A stretch of DNA of 64,000 nucleotides from an uncultured archaeon (GTDB lineage Archaea; Asgardarchaeota; Lokiarchaeia; Sigyniarchaeales; SOKP01): NCBI GenBank assembly GCA_964486045.1, contig CAZALK010000001.1, positions 872,242 through 936,241 of the forward strand, in the 5' to 3' direction. Positions 40,725 to 51,403 of this stretch are shown here, piece by piece. The position numbers and the translations under genes are program-made. How positions within the stretch are numbered: position 1 is the first letter of the stretch; every line of letters begins with the position of its first letter. Under the pieces are notes generated by a model, which did no database searches, was not told the DNA's origin, and saw only the letters and a program-made list of their open reading frames with translations.

Positions 40725-41409
40725 TTGAAGGTTCCTCTTTCCTAATTATTACATTTGCTTTTAGTATATCATTTTTAAGAATGGGGTTATAAAACTCATA
40801 TTTAATATTATTTAATTTTAGAAATGCTTTAGGATAACTTTCAGCATCTAACATCCTTATAAAATCATATATTTTTCTAATTGATGTTAAATCCTTTAGG
40901 TTGCCTTCTTCAGCACCTCTTCGCCTAAACTTAGTTATTGTTCCTTTTTGAGGGATTGGGAATAATTTTTCATTTATTATCTCACCAATCATCTTATATA
41001 TTATATCTGATGCTTTTTTAAAAATATCTTCAGCTGTACCATGTTCAATATTCAAATACTTCTTTAAATAAATATTGCCAGCATCTAATTCTTTAACAAC
41101 TCTAAAAGCAGAGATTTTAGTTTCATAAATTCCTCTGGCAATTAAGTTTTGTAAGGGACTACCACCTCTACCGAAGGGTAAATCTGTCATGTGGAATAAT
41201 ATACATTCATATTTCTCAAATATTTCCTTGGGAATAATCCAAGACCAATGAATGAAGAAAATCTTCTTAGGGTTAATGGTATCCACGTTTTCTAATGAAA
41301 AATCTTCTTTTTTAGAGATAAGATGCCAGTTTCCCTTATAGGCCTTTGTATATTTGAAAAAATTTTCAATATTCCAAGATTTAATAGTAACTAATAAATA
41401 TTCTCCCAT
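40711..41409 (-). CDS. Formyltransferase (Fmt-like, sugar N-formyltransferase candidate)
   Basis: HWSWIIP, FHMTDLPFGRGGSPLQNLI, LDAGNIY, IRMLDAESYP. Confidence 0.85.
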   Translation of the reverse strand: MGEYLLVTIKSWNIENFFKYTKAYKGNWHLISKKEDFSLENVDTINPKKIFFIHWSWIIPKEIFEKYECILFHMTDLPFGRGGSPLQNLIARGIYETKISAFRVVKELDAGNIYLKKYLNIEHGTAEDIFKKASDIIYKMIGEIINEKLFPIPQKGTITKFRRRGAEEGNLKDLTSIRKIYDFIRMLDAESYPKAFLKLNNIKYEFYNPILKNDILKANVIIRKEEPSIDEK

Positions 41410-41444
41410 TTTAGATTAAAACACCCATTATGATCCAAATACTA

Positions 41445-41909
41445 CTAAATTTTTTTCTTAAAAGTAATTATTGATTTCTCAAAACCATTTTTTTTAAAGA
41501 AATTTCTGCCCCCTATATTATCAATTACCGTCTTAGCAGTAAGTTCTGGAATTCCCAAATGCTTCATTTCTTTTTCAAATAATTGATAAGCATATGAGCC
41601 AATACCACTTTTTTGAAACAATTCCAACAAAGCAATACTAATCTCATGTTTTTCTTTATTATCACTTCTTTTTTTTGTCAATCTAATATACCCACAGATC
41701 TCTGATTTAAATTTAATAATATAAATATGCTCCTTGTCAAAAATTTCTTCCCACCATTTACAATGTTCTTTATAAGGAACCTTTTTAGAAGTTAAATGAA
41801 AGAATTCAATATTTTCATTAAATATTTCCCATACAGCTTTTTTATGAGATTCTATATCTTTTTGTGCTAATATAAGTTTAACCTCCTCAAAATTTACATT
41901 CATCTTCAT
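41445..41909 (-). CDS. GNAT N-acetyltransferase (PseH-like)
   Basis: EHCKWW, CGYIRL, EISIAL...QKSGIGS, N...FFKKNGF; located downstream of pseG. Confidence 0.75.
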   Translation of the reverse strand: MKMNVNFEEVKLILAQKDIESHKKAVWEIFNENIEFFHLTSKKVPYKEHCKWWEEIFDKEHIYIIKFKSEICGYIRLTKKRSDNKEKHEISIALLELFQKSGIGSYAYQLFEKEMKHLGIPELTAKTVIDNIGGRNFFKKNGFEKSIITFKKKI

Positions 41910-41921
41910 TGCTCAATCTTT

Positions 41922-42929
41922 TCAAATATCTAATTTTATAGATGAATTTTCTATTATTCGGTCTATTAATTTCCTACTCCCGTCACTTTTTATAAGTTTT
42001 TGGGCAGTAATAACCATTTTTTTCCTTAATTCTTTTTTCTTTAATCTAGAAATTAGTTCCCTAATTTTTTCACATAAATTTTTATCATCCCACCAACCCG
42101 CAAAATAGTTTAAACCTGACTTAGAAAAAGCTTTTACATTATTTAGTTGATTATCTGCAACTACAATACTTATGGCGGGAACACCAACAATCGCCAATTC
42201 ATAAAGAGTTGTACCTCCAGCAGTTATAGCTAAATCAGATCCCAACATAACTTTCTTCATATCCTTTGCAGTAGGAAAATAAATTATTTCACAATTTTTA
42301 TCTATTTTAGCTTCGATTTTTTCAACATTCTTGAAACTCTTCCCTATTATTATTTTTTTTTCTAAATTAGGAAAGTAAGTATTAAGCATTTCTAAAATTG
42401 GTGGGGTTAAGTTTTTCATATCAGATCCACCAAGTGTGATTAGTACCGTTTTAATGTCCTCATTTATTTTTTTTTTCTGATAAGTCCAAAATTCGTTTCT
42501 CACCAAGCAGTATTCTGGTCCTAGTAAATATCTAATATTTTCTTCATTTGGATAATTCAATCTTTTAGCGTACATTGAATAGTTTACAACGAATCCCGGC
42601 GGATATTTCAGTCTATTATTATCATCAATAAACACTGGTTTTTTAACAACTTCAGATATCCTATTATATATTGAGAGGGGTGCTAAGTATGAATCGATAA
42701 TCGCTATTTCAGCTCCATCGATTAAATTGAAAAGTTGATTATTATCAATCAACCAATTAAAAAAGTACTTTCTCTGTACATTTAAAGTATTCTTAACAAT
42801 CTCATCCCCATTCACGATAAAATAAGGAATTATCTCTCTTTCTTCAAATGCCTGATAAAGTGATGTACAGCGAGTTGTATGTCCATAACCGACATTAAAA
42901 TTGCCTTCAGTAATTATACACACTTTCAT
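41922..42929 (-). CDS. pseG: UDP-2,4-diacetamido-2,4,6-trideoxy-hexose hydrolase
   Basis: GYGHTTRC, IIDSY, FIDD, ITLGGSD, AGGTTLYEL, VADNQ. Confidence 0.88.
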   Translation of the reverse strand: MKVCIITEGNFNVGYGHTTRCTSLYQAFEEREIIPYFIVNGDEIVKNTLNVQRKYFFNWLIDNNQLFNLIDGAEIAIIDSYLAPLSIYNRISEVVKKPVFIDDNNRLKYPPGFVVNYSMYAKRLNYPNEENIRYLLGPEYCLVRNEFWTYQKKKINEDIKTVLITLGGSDMKNLTPPILEMLNTYFPNLEKKIIIGKSFKNVEKIEAKIDKNCEIIYFPTAKDMKKVMLGSDLAITAGGTTLYELAIVGVPAISIVVADNQLNNVKAFSKSGLNYFAGWWDDKNLCEKIRELISRLKKKELRKKMVITAQKLIKSDGSRKLIDRIIENSSIKLDI

Positions 42930-42972
42930 GATTCTATTTTTCAGCTTCTTTGTCTTAATAAGATTTTTTAGA

Positions 42973-44016
42973 TTAAATCAAGTCCCATGTAATTATTTCA
43001 TCTTCATCAATATCTTTTTTGGCTGTTCTTTTTAGGACAATATCTAAAAATTTTGGTTTTATCCCAAAACCAGGTCGCTTTATCATGAGGTCTTCCGGTT
43101 CAATAATTTTACCTTTAGGGATTTTTCTTTTGGCAATGATACTCCTTCTTGCGAGTTTATATAAATTCTTTTCAGAATCGGCTATTTTTTTAACAGGGCT
43201 CCCCAAAACAATCTCGGTTTCTCTAATAGTCTTTATCATTCGCTTTAATTCTTTAGGCTCTAATGCAAATTTGTGATCTGGTCCCTCTAAAGATCTATTG
43301 ATCGTATAATGTTTCTCAATAATACATGCTCCAAGAGCTATACAAATAGAGGGGATATAAGTACTCATTGTATGATCTGAAAAACCCACAGGTACTTGAA
43401 ACGCTTGAATTAAGGTTTTTATAACTCGTAAATTTAAATCTTCAATAGGGGGGGGATAATTAATAGCACAATGAAGTAAAGCAATGTCATTGTCTCCTTC
43501 CTCTCTTATTATGTTGATTGCATCTTCAATATCTCCCATACTTGCCATACCTGTAGATAGTATAATCGGTTTTTTTGTTGTTGCTATTTTTTTTAAGAAA
43601 TGTAAATCACTTATTTCAAATGAAGCAACTTTATAGGCAAGCACTTTTAATTCCTCTAATTCTTTTATAGCTTGGTAATCAAATGGAGTAGATAAAAAGA
43701 TTAAACCATGGGATCTTGAGTAATCCGCAAGTTCCCCTTGCCATTCTCTTGGAAGCTCAATGTCTTTGATTAATTGCCAAAGAGATTTTTGATTTATCTT
43801 CCCTTTAAGATAATCAGGAGTTATTGTTTTTTTTGAATACATAGTTTCTGCGGAATAAGTTTGAAACTTTACTGCATCTGCTTCTGCTTCGGCCGCAATT
43901 TCAATTAATTTTTTAGCTTGATTTAAATCACGATTATGGTTAGAACCCGCTTCAGCAATTATAAATGTAGGGTAATTTTTTCCAATTTTTCTTTTTCCAA
44001 TTGTAATTTTGTTCAA
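42973..44016 (-). CDS. neuB: Nonulosonic acid synthase (NeuB/PseI/SpsE family) with C-terminal SAF domain
   Basis: FIIAEAGSNHN, DAVKFQT, STPFD, KVASFE, LSTGMA, GFSDHT, IEKHYT, GPDH, KRPGFGI. Confidence 0.93.
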   Translation of the reverse strand: MNKITIGKRKIGKNYPTFIIAEAGSNHNRDLNQAKKLIEIAAEAEADAVKFQTYSAETMYSKKTITPDYLKGKINQKSLWQLIKDIELPREWQGELADYSRSHGLIFLSTPFDYQAIKELEELKVLAYKVASFEISDLHFLKKIATTKKPIILSTGMASMGDIEDAINIIREEGDNDIALLHCAINYPPPIEDLNLRVIKTLIQAFQVPVGFSDHTMSTYIPSICIALGACIIEKHYTINRSLEGPDHKFALEPKELKRMIKTIRETEIVLGSPVKKIADSEKNLYKLARRSIIAKRKIPKGKIIEPEDLMIKRPGFGIKPKFLDIVLKRTAKKDIDEDEIITWDLI

Positions 44017-44037
44017 TCCAATTTCACTCTTTGTTAA

Positions 44038-45357
44038 TTAAGTTAATCTTTGGAACCCATTATGGGCAGTAGGACCTTTCAACAAAGAATTTGCATTATT
44101 TCTATCAATAGCTTCCTTGATAATCCCAAAAACTTCATCTACAGCTTTAAGATACTCAGTAACAATACGTTTAGTATGAGAATAACTTACATATACGCTA
44201 GATGATGCGAGATAACCTTTCATGAGCATTTCTTGAGTGAATAGTGTTTTCAATTCTTGAGCGTTTTCATAATCAAAAGAAAAGGTTATTAATGCATTAG
44301 GAGGTAAAATTGAGATATCAAGATTGTGAGTTTTTGCTAGAGTTATCCAACCTTCTCCAATTAATCCTCCTAATTTATTTAAATGAGTTGGTACATTATG
44401 TTTATATATTTTGTTAATTGTCGCTATTGCTGCCGCAGGTCCAATTCGTTCTGTCCAATATGTACTACTAATGAAGCTTGTCTGTGCAGCATCCATAACA
44501 TCAGCTTTACCGATAACCGCAGCCATTGGATATCCGTTGCTCATAGCTTTAGCCACAACCATCAGATCTGGGTTGACTCCAAATAATAGATGTGAACCTC
44601 CAGTAGTTAATCTCCAACCTGCAGTAATTTCATCAAATATTAGTACTGCATTAATTTCGTCAGCAATTTTCCTCACTTTTTTAAGAAAATTTTTCTCAGG
44701 TTCTTGGTGCCTTATAGGTTCAACTACAATAACACCGATATCATTTTTTTCAACTATAGATTCTAATTTCTTTATATTATTATACTCAAAAGGTATTGCA
44801 GTATTTATTAAACTTCTTGGCACTCCATTAGGATCAAGCCCTTGTAAAAGATGTCCATCAAGATTTGCATTGTCAGCTAAATTGCTAGCTAAATACCAAT
44901 CATGCCAACCATGATATCCACAAAATGCGATCTTATCTTTCTTAGTGAATGCTCGTGCTATTCTGACTGCAACCGTCATAATTTCTCCCCCTGTTCTTGC
45001 ATAACGCACCGAATCCGCCCATGGATGTAATTTTAATAGTAATTCAGCAAGCTCAACATCTTCTGGACTATTCAATGTAGTCATTGAGCCATTTTCAATA
45101 ACTTCTTTAACGGCTTTGTCAACATCGTCATCAGCATATCCTAGAATACATGTGCCTACTCCCATAATTGTCATGTCATAATAATGGTTATCGTCTAAGT
45201 CCCAAATTTCTACTCCTTTTGCTCGTTTATAAAAAGAAGGCCACTGATCCGGAAGGAACATCTCAGAACGCTTGCTTAAGAGTTGGGATCCTCCCGGTAT
45301 TAATTTTTTAGCCTTTTTCCACAGCTTAATGCCTTTTTCACTATTCATTATTTTCAC
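44038..45357 (-). CDS. Class III PLP aminotransferase (GSA-aminomutase-like)
   Basis: IPGGSQLLSKR, RYARTGGE, GYHGWHDW, LIFDEITAGWR, AKAMSNGYPMAA. Confidence 0.88.
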   Translation of the reverse strand: MKIMNSEKGIKLWKKAKKLIPGGSQLLSKRSEMFLPDQWPSFYKRAKGVEIWDLDDNHYYDMTIMGVGTCILGYADDDVDKAVKEVIENGSMTTLNSPEDVELAELLLKLHPWADSVRYARTGGEIMTVAVRIARAFTKKDKIAFCGYHGWHDWYLASNLADNANLDGHLLQGLDPNGVPRSLINTAIPFEYNNIKKLESIVEKNDIGVIVVEPIRHQEPEKNFLKKVRKIADEINAVLIFDEITAGWRLTTGGSHLLFGVNPDLMVVAKAMSNGYPMAAVIGKADVMDAAQTSFISSTYWTERIGPAAAIATINKIYKHNVPTHLNKLGGLIGEGWITLAKTHNLDISILPPNALITFSFDYENAQELKTLFTQEMLMKGYLASSSVYVSYSHTKRIVTEYLKAVDEVFGIIKEAIDRNNANSLLKGPTAHNGFQRLT

Positions 45358-45418
45358 ATCTAATTTCTAAATTCGTAAGATTTTACTCAATAAGCCACAC
45401 TTTGTTTATTTTTCTACT

Positions 45419-46171
45419 TTAAATAAGTTTTTCGTACATATCACGATTATATTTAGAATTTAATTCCTTTAATTCAGGATTTTTTTTAATAAAATCTATA
45501 ACATCATTCATTTTAAAATTGTTCCACCGTTTGTGAAAATTCTCAATTATTTTAGAAATTAATTCAAAATCTTCTTGCGTGTCGACAGTTAGACGATAAT
45601 CATTGTAATCTGATTTATTTGTAAAATTAAAAGTAGAAAATTTTCCTTGTTTATTCCGAATATCCTCCCGAATACATAAAGTAACATGCTCTCTTACTTC
45701 AATTCTTTTTTCTTCTTTAAAAACCCTTTCTAATGCTTCAAATGAGAAGATTTCTACATCAAATCCATCAGGATAAGTGGGAGGTTCTACGTTAGAAACA
45801 TAATCATAATTACCACTTAAGAAGATTTCTAATCCATTATCAATTATTGCAGGATCCATAAGAGGGCAGTCACTGGTAATCCTTACTATTATATCACCCT
45901 TATATATTTTAGCAGCTTGATAGTACCTATCAAGCACATCATCTTCACTTCCTGCAAAAAAGTCTATTTTTAAACTTTTAGCAAATTGTCTAATCGGTAT
46001 ATTATCATCTGTGATCGCTGTCGCAATAATTATTTTAGAGGGGGTCTTTACCAATTCTAACCTTTTAATAACGTACCATAATAATGGTTTACCTAAAATT
46101 CTCCGAAGAACCTTCCCTGGAAGCCGAGTAGACCCATACCTTGCTTGACAAATAATTAATATATTCTTCAT
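45419..46171 (-). CDS. spsF: SpsF-like CMP-nonulosonate synthetase (cytidylyltransferase)
   Basis: QARYGSTRLPGKV, GSEDDVLDRY, RITSDCP, YPDGFDVE, REHVT, RLTVDT. Confidence 0.88.
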   Translation of the reverse strand: MKNILIICQARYGSTRLPGKVLRRILGKPLLWYVIKRLELVKTPSKIIIATAITDDNIPIRQFAKSLKIDFFAGSEDDVLDRYYQAAKIYKGDIIVRITSDCPLMDPAIIDNGLEIFLSGNYDYVSNVEPPTYPDGFDVEIFSFEALERVFKEEKRIEVREHVTLCIREDIRNKQGKFSTFNFTNKSDYNDYRLTVDTQEDFELISKIIENFHKRWNNFKMNDVIDFIKKNPELKELNSKYNRDMYEKLI

Positions 46172-46240
46172 ATTATTCTACAATATATTTATAATTTAAA
46201 TTTGAATTATTTAATTATTAGATCAATAATTTTTTCAAGT

Positions 46241-47161
46241 TTACTCTTTCCATAAAGATGGATTTATTATTTTCTCGGTTAAATCAGAAAATTCTTGAAC
46301 TATCTGCTTCCTTAATTCAAGATCTAATGGATTTTCCTTCAACATACTAATATTATTCGATATTTGATTAACATTCTCTACACCAATTATTAAACTATCT
46401 ATTTCAGGAATATCCCTAACAAATAAAAATGCTATTTTAGCGATATTAATATTGAACTCATTAGACAGGGAGTTTAGCTTCATTAACGGCTCTTTTGCTC
46501 TTTCCAAGTATTTGGGTAATTTTGCAGGTGAGATGAAAAAAAGACCTTGGAGATATATGCTTCTAGCTAAAATCGTGTAATTAAATGATTTCAATCTTTT
46601 CAATAATCCTGTTTTTATAAGACGATGGTCAAAAATATTTAAAGGAACCTGTACTACGTCGATTTCCTTAAAATTTAATGCGGTTTCAACTTCCCAAGGA
46701 TTATAAACTGAAATCCCTATTTTGTTTAATAAACCTTCATTTTTTAATTGTTTTAAACATTCTATGACTATACCATTATTAATTAAGATATCGGGAGCGT
46801 TATGCAATAGATAAATTGGCATTGATTCGATTTTTAAATCGTTAAGAGAATGAGTTAATTGTTTTCTAATCAATTCATAAAGATCATCAAATATTATCGA
46901 TTCATTTATTTCCAACGCTGGTAATTTTGAAATTATATTTAAGCTTTCAACTTTATTCTTCAGTACAGTTGATTTAAAATTACCAATAATCTTTTCACTA
47001 TTCCCATACGAAGGGGCAGTATCAAAAGAATTTATTCCATGATCCCACGAATAATTTAAAATCCTGATTGAAGTATTAAAACCTGGTTTACCATTTTTAT
47101 TTGCTATACCATAATCTAAACCTAACTGGGCTGTTCCAAGTGTAAGTTTTGAAATGACCAT
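46241..47161 (-). CDS. Aldo/keto reductase
   Basis: LGTAQLGLDYGIAN, DTAPSYGNSE, IGISVY, QVPLNIFD, ARSIYLQGL. Confidence 0.9.
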   Translation of the reverse strand: MVISKLTLGTAQLGLDYGIANKNGKPGFNTSIRILNYSWDHGINSFDTAPSYGNSEKIIGNFKSTVLKNKVESLNIISKLPALEINESIIFDDLYELIRKQLTHSLNDLKIESMPIYLLHNAPDILINNGIVIECLKQLKNEGLLNKIGISVYNPWEVETALNFKEIDVVQVPLNIFDHRLIKTGLLKRLKSFNYTILARSIYLQGLFFISPAKLPKYLERAKEPLMKLNSLSNEFNINIAKIAFLFVRDIPEIDSLIIGVENVNQISNNISMLKENPLDLELRKQIVQEFSDLTEKIINPSLWKE

Positions 47162-47507
47162 GTTAAATTTTTAATATTTTTGACAAATTATTGATAACAT
47201 TTCTAATTATTTAATAAGTATAATGATATTTTTAAAAACTTTTATTAAGTAAAATCTTTAGAACTCATATAAGGGGCAATTATTTTAAAATTAGTGCGTA
47301 ATAAATATTCCTATTTTAATTTAAGCATTAAGTTCAACTATTTGGAAATAAAGAACAAATTTCAATAGTGATATTTAGTCGAAATTGTCAATTTATTAGA
47401 ATGAAATTGAGGGAAAATATAAATTAATTCATGTAATTATTTGTTTTAAGACTTTATAAAACATCATAAATATATAAAACATTAGATTAAGGAAGTGAGA
47501 TTTCTTA

Positions 47508-48473
47508 ATGGCTGAGATTTTTTACCATAAAACACAAAATAATTTTTTCGATAATTTGGTTGTAGATATAAAGAAGATATATTCAAAGCATCCCATTAAT
47601 AAAAAATATTCACCAAAGATTAACAATGTAAATTACACGAAAAATATTCATTATAAACTATACCGTAGTTCTTTAATTCCTTTAAGATTACGGAGACTCT
47701 TTTGGAGATTCTTAAGGCAGATTAATATCGATTTAACTTGGTTTAATGAATTTGAGAAATACTGGGTGAATATTATTGGTGGTCGGCCTTTATGGAACAT
47801 ACAAGATCTATTTTTCTTAAAGAATCTCTACAGAGTTAAATTTCAAGAGAATCAAATCCCTGATACAGAAAATGCTGCTATACATTTAGAAGCATGGCAA
47901 CAACCCGCTTTAATATATCAATTACTTCACTTAGTATGTAAAGAATCTGTTATGAATGAATCTAAATTATTAAAGTTACTAAGAACTTATAAAAAAAAAA
48001 TGAACTCATTTCTTGAATTCGGTTGTGGTACAGCACCGATTACAACCTCTTTATTTGATTTTTTTCATCTGTCAAAGAGAATGAAAATTTATATTTCAGA
48101 TATTCAAACTCTTGCGTTTAATTATGCCGCGTATAAATTTAGAAATTGTTCGAATGTAATTCCTTTATTGTTAGTCCCAGATAACAAATTTATCTTAAAT
48201 TTAAGTAGTAATGTTGATGTTATCACATGTATTTCAGTATTTGAACATTTAAACAAGCCTTTAGATACAATTAAAACGTTCTATGAAACACTCAAACCTG
48301 AAGGTCTATTATTTTTTGACTATATTATATCTTCCGGTGAAGGCTTGGACACAATGCAATCTGTAAGACAGAGAGAAAGTGTTTTGGATTTTATCAAGGA
48401 AAATTTCAAACCTATTTATGGTAAAATTACTAAGGAAAAAAGTATGGGACTAACCATTATAAAAAAACTATAA
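47508..48473 (+). CDS. Class I SAM-dependent methyltransferase
   Basis: FLEFGCGTAP, DVITCISVFEHL, LKPEG. Confidence 0.82.
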   Translation: MAEIFYHKTQNNFFDNLVVDIKKIYSKHPINKKYSPKINNVNYTKNIHYKLYRSSLIPLRLRRLFWRFLRQINIDLTWFNEFEKYWVNIIGGRPLWNIQDLFFLKNLYRVKFQENQIPDTENAAIHLEAWQQPALIYQLLHLVCKESVMNESKLLKLLRTYKKKMNSFLEFGCGTAPITTSLFDFFHLSKRMKIYISDIQTLAFNYAAYKFRNCSNVIPLLLVPDNKFILNLSSNVDVITCISVFEHLNKPLDTIKTFYETLKPEGLLFFDYIISSGEGLDTMQSVRQRESVLDFIKENFKPIYGKITKEKSMGLTIIKKL

Positions 48474-48677
48474 TTTTGGTTTGAAACTAAATAATGATAA
48501 AGTAACTAAAAACATTTCCTGTGGAACAAATAATCTCCATAGAAACAAATTAGATCTCATCTAAGAATTTGAAAATAGATTCTATAAAATACTAAAATGA
48601 AATAAATCATATATTTAAAGTAAAATATAAGATTCAAAGCGTTTCAGAAATAATCTAAATATTTAATTCATTCAAAC

Positions 48678-50081
48678 TTAATTTTTTAATTTTTGATCAT
48701 TAAATCTATCAATAAATAACCCAACTAATTCATTAATCCGTTTTTTTGAGATGTTTGGTAAATTTATAACAGCATTTTCGTATACATCACCTTCTTCCGT
48801 AAAACCTTTTATAAACCCATTTTTTAAACATATATCATATAATTCTGTTCCCAAAAAGGGTGAAAAGTGATGAACAGCGATACTTTCGGGATTTAATTTG
48901 AGATTAAAATTAATTGATTCAATAATCTGCTCTTCTGTTTCAAAAGGAACCCCCACAATATAATTTGCTGTAGCTCTTATTCCGTATTTTTCAGCAACTC
49001 TAAATGCATTGAAAATTGACTCATCAGAAATGTACTTACACATAATTTTTTCTCTTATCTCTTTTGAACCACTTTCAACACCTATACTAATTGCAACACA
49101 ACCCATATTTTTCAATATTCTAGCAGTAGTATTAGTTATGGTTTTGGACTCTGACTGTATTGTAAAAGGGAGCTTGATTTCTTTCACCCATAATCTTTCA
49201 AACTCTTCTAAATCATTCTCATCCATTAATAAAAGAAAGTTGGTGTCCCCAAACGAAACCATATTAAACTCAAACATTTCTTTCATATATTTAATCTCAT
49301 CAATCATTCTTCTTATGGATTTTCTCCTTAGGTATGGTTTTGGATATCCTTGAGCTTTCCTTAAACTAGGTGCAACACAAAATGAACAATTATTTAGACA
49401 TCCTCTACTGAATTCAAATGAACCTCCTTTATATACATTTCCCACAAAAGGTTTCCACATATGTCTTTCATCAAATAGGGACCAATCTGGGTATGGTAAA
49501 TCATCTAATTCAACCAAAGGTCTTATGGGGTTTTTTATTACTTTCCCATCTTTTTTCAACCATAGATTTTTAATATCATATATATTTTCATTATTAACAA
49601 TTTTGTCTGCAAGGTCAACAATAGCCCCTTCTCCTTCACCAACACAAATTATATCAACAAAATGTAAATTAATAATCATATCTGGCACTATAGTGGGTAA
49701 TATCCCCCCAACTATTATTGGAACTAAAAAATTCTCTTTTATCTTTTTCATCAAATCTTTTGCAACGAAGAAATTTCTTTCAAGAAGTGAAATTGCAATT
49801 AAATCTGGTTTAAATTCATTAATTTTTTTAAGAAGCTCTTCCGTTATATTTTTTTCTTCTATTTCGCCAATGTAGTCATTTAGATTTGTTTCTTCAACAA
49901 GACCTTTTTTTTCCATTAACTCAGTATCTTTGTTATAATTAGGAGTCATGAAAGTTGTATCAAATAATTCAACAATATGCCCTGACCTTTTGAGACAAGA
50001 TGATAAAATCGTTATTGAAAGAGGAATTCTAAATTCTGATTCAAAATTTGGATATATAAACAATGTTCTCGCTTTATTCAT
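48678..50081 (-). CDS. Cobalamin-binding radical SAM protein (class B methylase-like)
   Basis: N-terminal B12-binding domain (KPDLIAIS, VGGILPT, VGEGE), SRGCLNNCSFC (CX3CX2C), IGVESGS, IVGVPFET. Confidence 0.88.
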   Translation of the reverse strand: MNKARTLFIYPNFESEFRIPLSITILSSCLKRSGHIVELFDTTFMTPNYNKDTELMEKKGLVEETNLNDYIGEIEEKNITEELLKKINEFKPDLIAISLLERNFFVAKDLMKKIKENFLVPIIVGGILPTIVPDMIINLHFVDIICVGEGEGAIVDLADKIVNNENIYDIKNLWLKKDGKVIKNPIRPLVELDDLPYPDWSLFDERHMWKPFVGNVYKGGSFEFSRGCLNNCSFCVAPSLRKAQGYPKPYLRRKSIRRMIDEIKYMKEMFEFNMVSFGDTNFLLLMDENDLEEFERLWVKEIKLPFTIQSESKTITNTTARILKNMGCVAISIGVESGSKEIREKIMCKYISDESIFNAFRVAEKYGIRATANYIVGVPFETEEQIIESINFNLKLNPESIAVHHFSPFLGTELYDICLKNGFIKGFTEEGDVYENAVINLPNISKKRINELVGLFIDRFNDQKLKN

Positions 50082-50102
50082 GATATCTCCAATAAATTTT
50101 AC

Positions 50103-51140
50103 TTATATATTCTTATTATTTATTACTGCTTTTCTAAACCCACATCTTCTACAAATATCTAATTCTCTTGATTTTCCTTCTAAATGCAGTTTTCTTATTC
50201 TCTCTAGCTTTTCTCCTTTCCATATTGATTCAATATTTTGATCTCTTAAATTTCCCAATATATCTTTTTTATTATGATTACCACAACACATGACTACATC
50301 TCCATTATATAAAATAAAAAGCCTCTGCCACAAATATTGACAAGTAAAGTCACAATCATTTGAGAGAAAATCATATTCTAAAATAAATTCGCTTAATTTG
50401 TCAATAGCAACATTTTCTACTATATTTTCCCATCTTTTGACAAAAAATTTTAACTGTTCTTTATTGTTTCTCATATCAAAAACTTGAACAGAAACAATCG
50501 GTTTTAAAATAGCCTTTCTTCTCTTCAATAACATAAAATTTTGTATATTTTTAATTATTTTTGATGTTTTAATTATACCCCTTCTCAAATTTAACTTACC
50601 TTCTGAAAGTGGACCAAGGACACAAAATAATTTATCAAGGGATGAATTTAACAGATTCAAACTCATATCTCCTGATAACAATGATGAATTTGAGTTAAGC
50701 ATAACATCCAATATCCCGTGTTGTTTTGCATACCAAATAAACTCAATTATTTTTGGATGTAGAAGAGGTTCTCCTCTGTAATTTAGTTTGATAGACAATA
50801 ATCCTTTCTTCTCACCCTCTGTTATTATTCTCTTAAATAATTCAACATCAAAATTAATTTGTGGAAGTTTTCTATCATCGGGTAAATCATATGGACATTT
50901 TAATGTGCAGATTTTTTGTTGACAGTTTAAATTGCAATAGGTTGTTATCTCAAAGTCGAGATGTATAGGAAAATTGTCAACAATATGATCTCGTGGATAT
51001 TGTTCCCATTTTCTTCGGTATTCCTTATATTCTAGAGTTTCAGTTAAGGTTTTATAATGAGCTTTAGAGGGATATTCTCTATATGTATTGCTTTGAATTA
51101 ATCTCGTTTTTTCAGCTTTTATTAGCTTATTATGCACCAT
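50103..51140 (-). CDS. Radical SAM/SPASM domain protein with atypical cluster motif
   Basis: FPIHLDFEITTYCNLNCQQKICTLKC, GEPLLHP, SPASM CQYLW...MCC...CRRC. Confidence 0.82.
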   Translation of the reverse strand: MVHNKLIKAEKTRLIQSNTYREYPSKAHYKTLTETLEYKEYRRKWEQYPRDHIVDNFPIHLDFEITTYCNLNCQQKICTLKCPYDLPDDRKLPQINFDVELFKRIITEGEKKGLLSIKLNYRGEPLLHPKIIEFIWYAKQHGILDVMLNSNSSLLSGDMSLNLLNSSLDKLFCVLGPLSEGKLNLRRGIIKTSKIIKNIQNFMLLKRRKAILKPIVSVQVFDMRNNKEQLKFFVKRWENIVENVAIDKLSEFILEYDFLSNDCDFTCQYLWQRLFILYNGDVVMCCGNHNKKDILGNLRDQNIESIWKGEKLERIRKLHLEGKSRELDICRRCGFRKAVINNKNI

Positions 51141-51403
51141 GTTTTTAGGATCAAAATATAAACCATATCATATGATTTGTTTTCTGCTGGAAAACCAATA
51201 AAAAAAGTAATAAAAAATTAATAAAAGTTGTTATTACAATTTACAAATTTTTTGTATTTGCTGATTTTGTTTAATCAGAGAATTTTTTTTCTCAAATAAA
51301 ATTAATCTTCATTCTTGTACCTTTTATTATTTGAATAAAATTCATTAAAAATTATGACATATTTTATAATATACTTACTCTAAAATCAAGAATGTAAACA
51401 ACT

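Noticed and set aside
40711-41409. Formyltransferase as translation-initiation Fmt
   Set aside because: Archaea do not formylate initiator tRNA, the protein is short, and its context is a sugar operon.
44383-44914. Plus-strand ORFs of 67 and 167 aa
   Set aside because: Antisense shadows of the class III aminotransferase.
49009-50241. Three plus-strand ORFs of 97-116 aa
   Set aside because: Antisense shadows of the radical SAM genes.
51150-51215. Minus-strand peptide FFITFFIGFPAENK resembling the radical SAM 'IGFPGET' motif
   Set aside because: Too short and low-complexity to call a gene relic.
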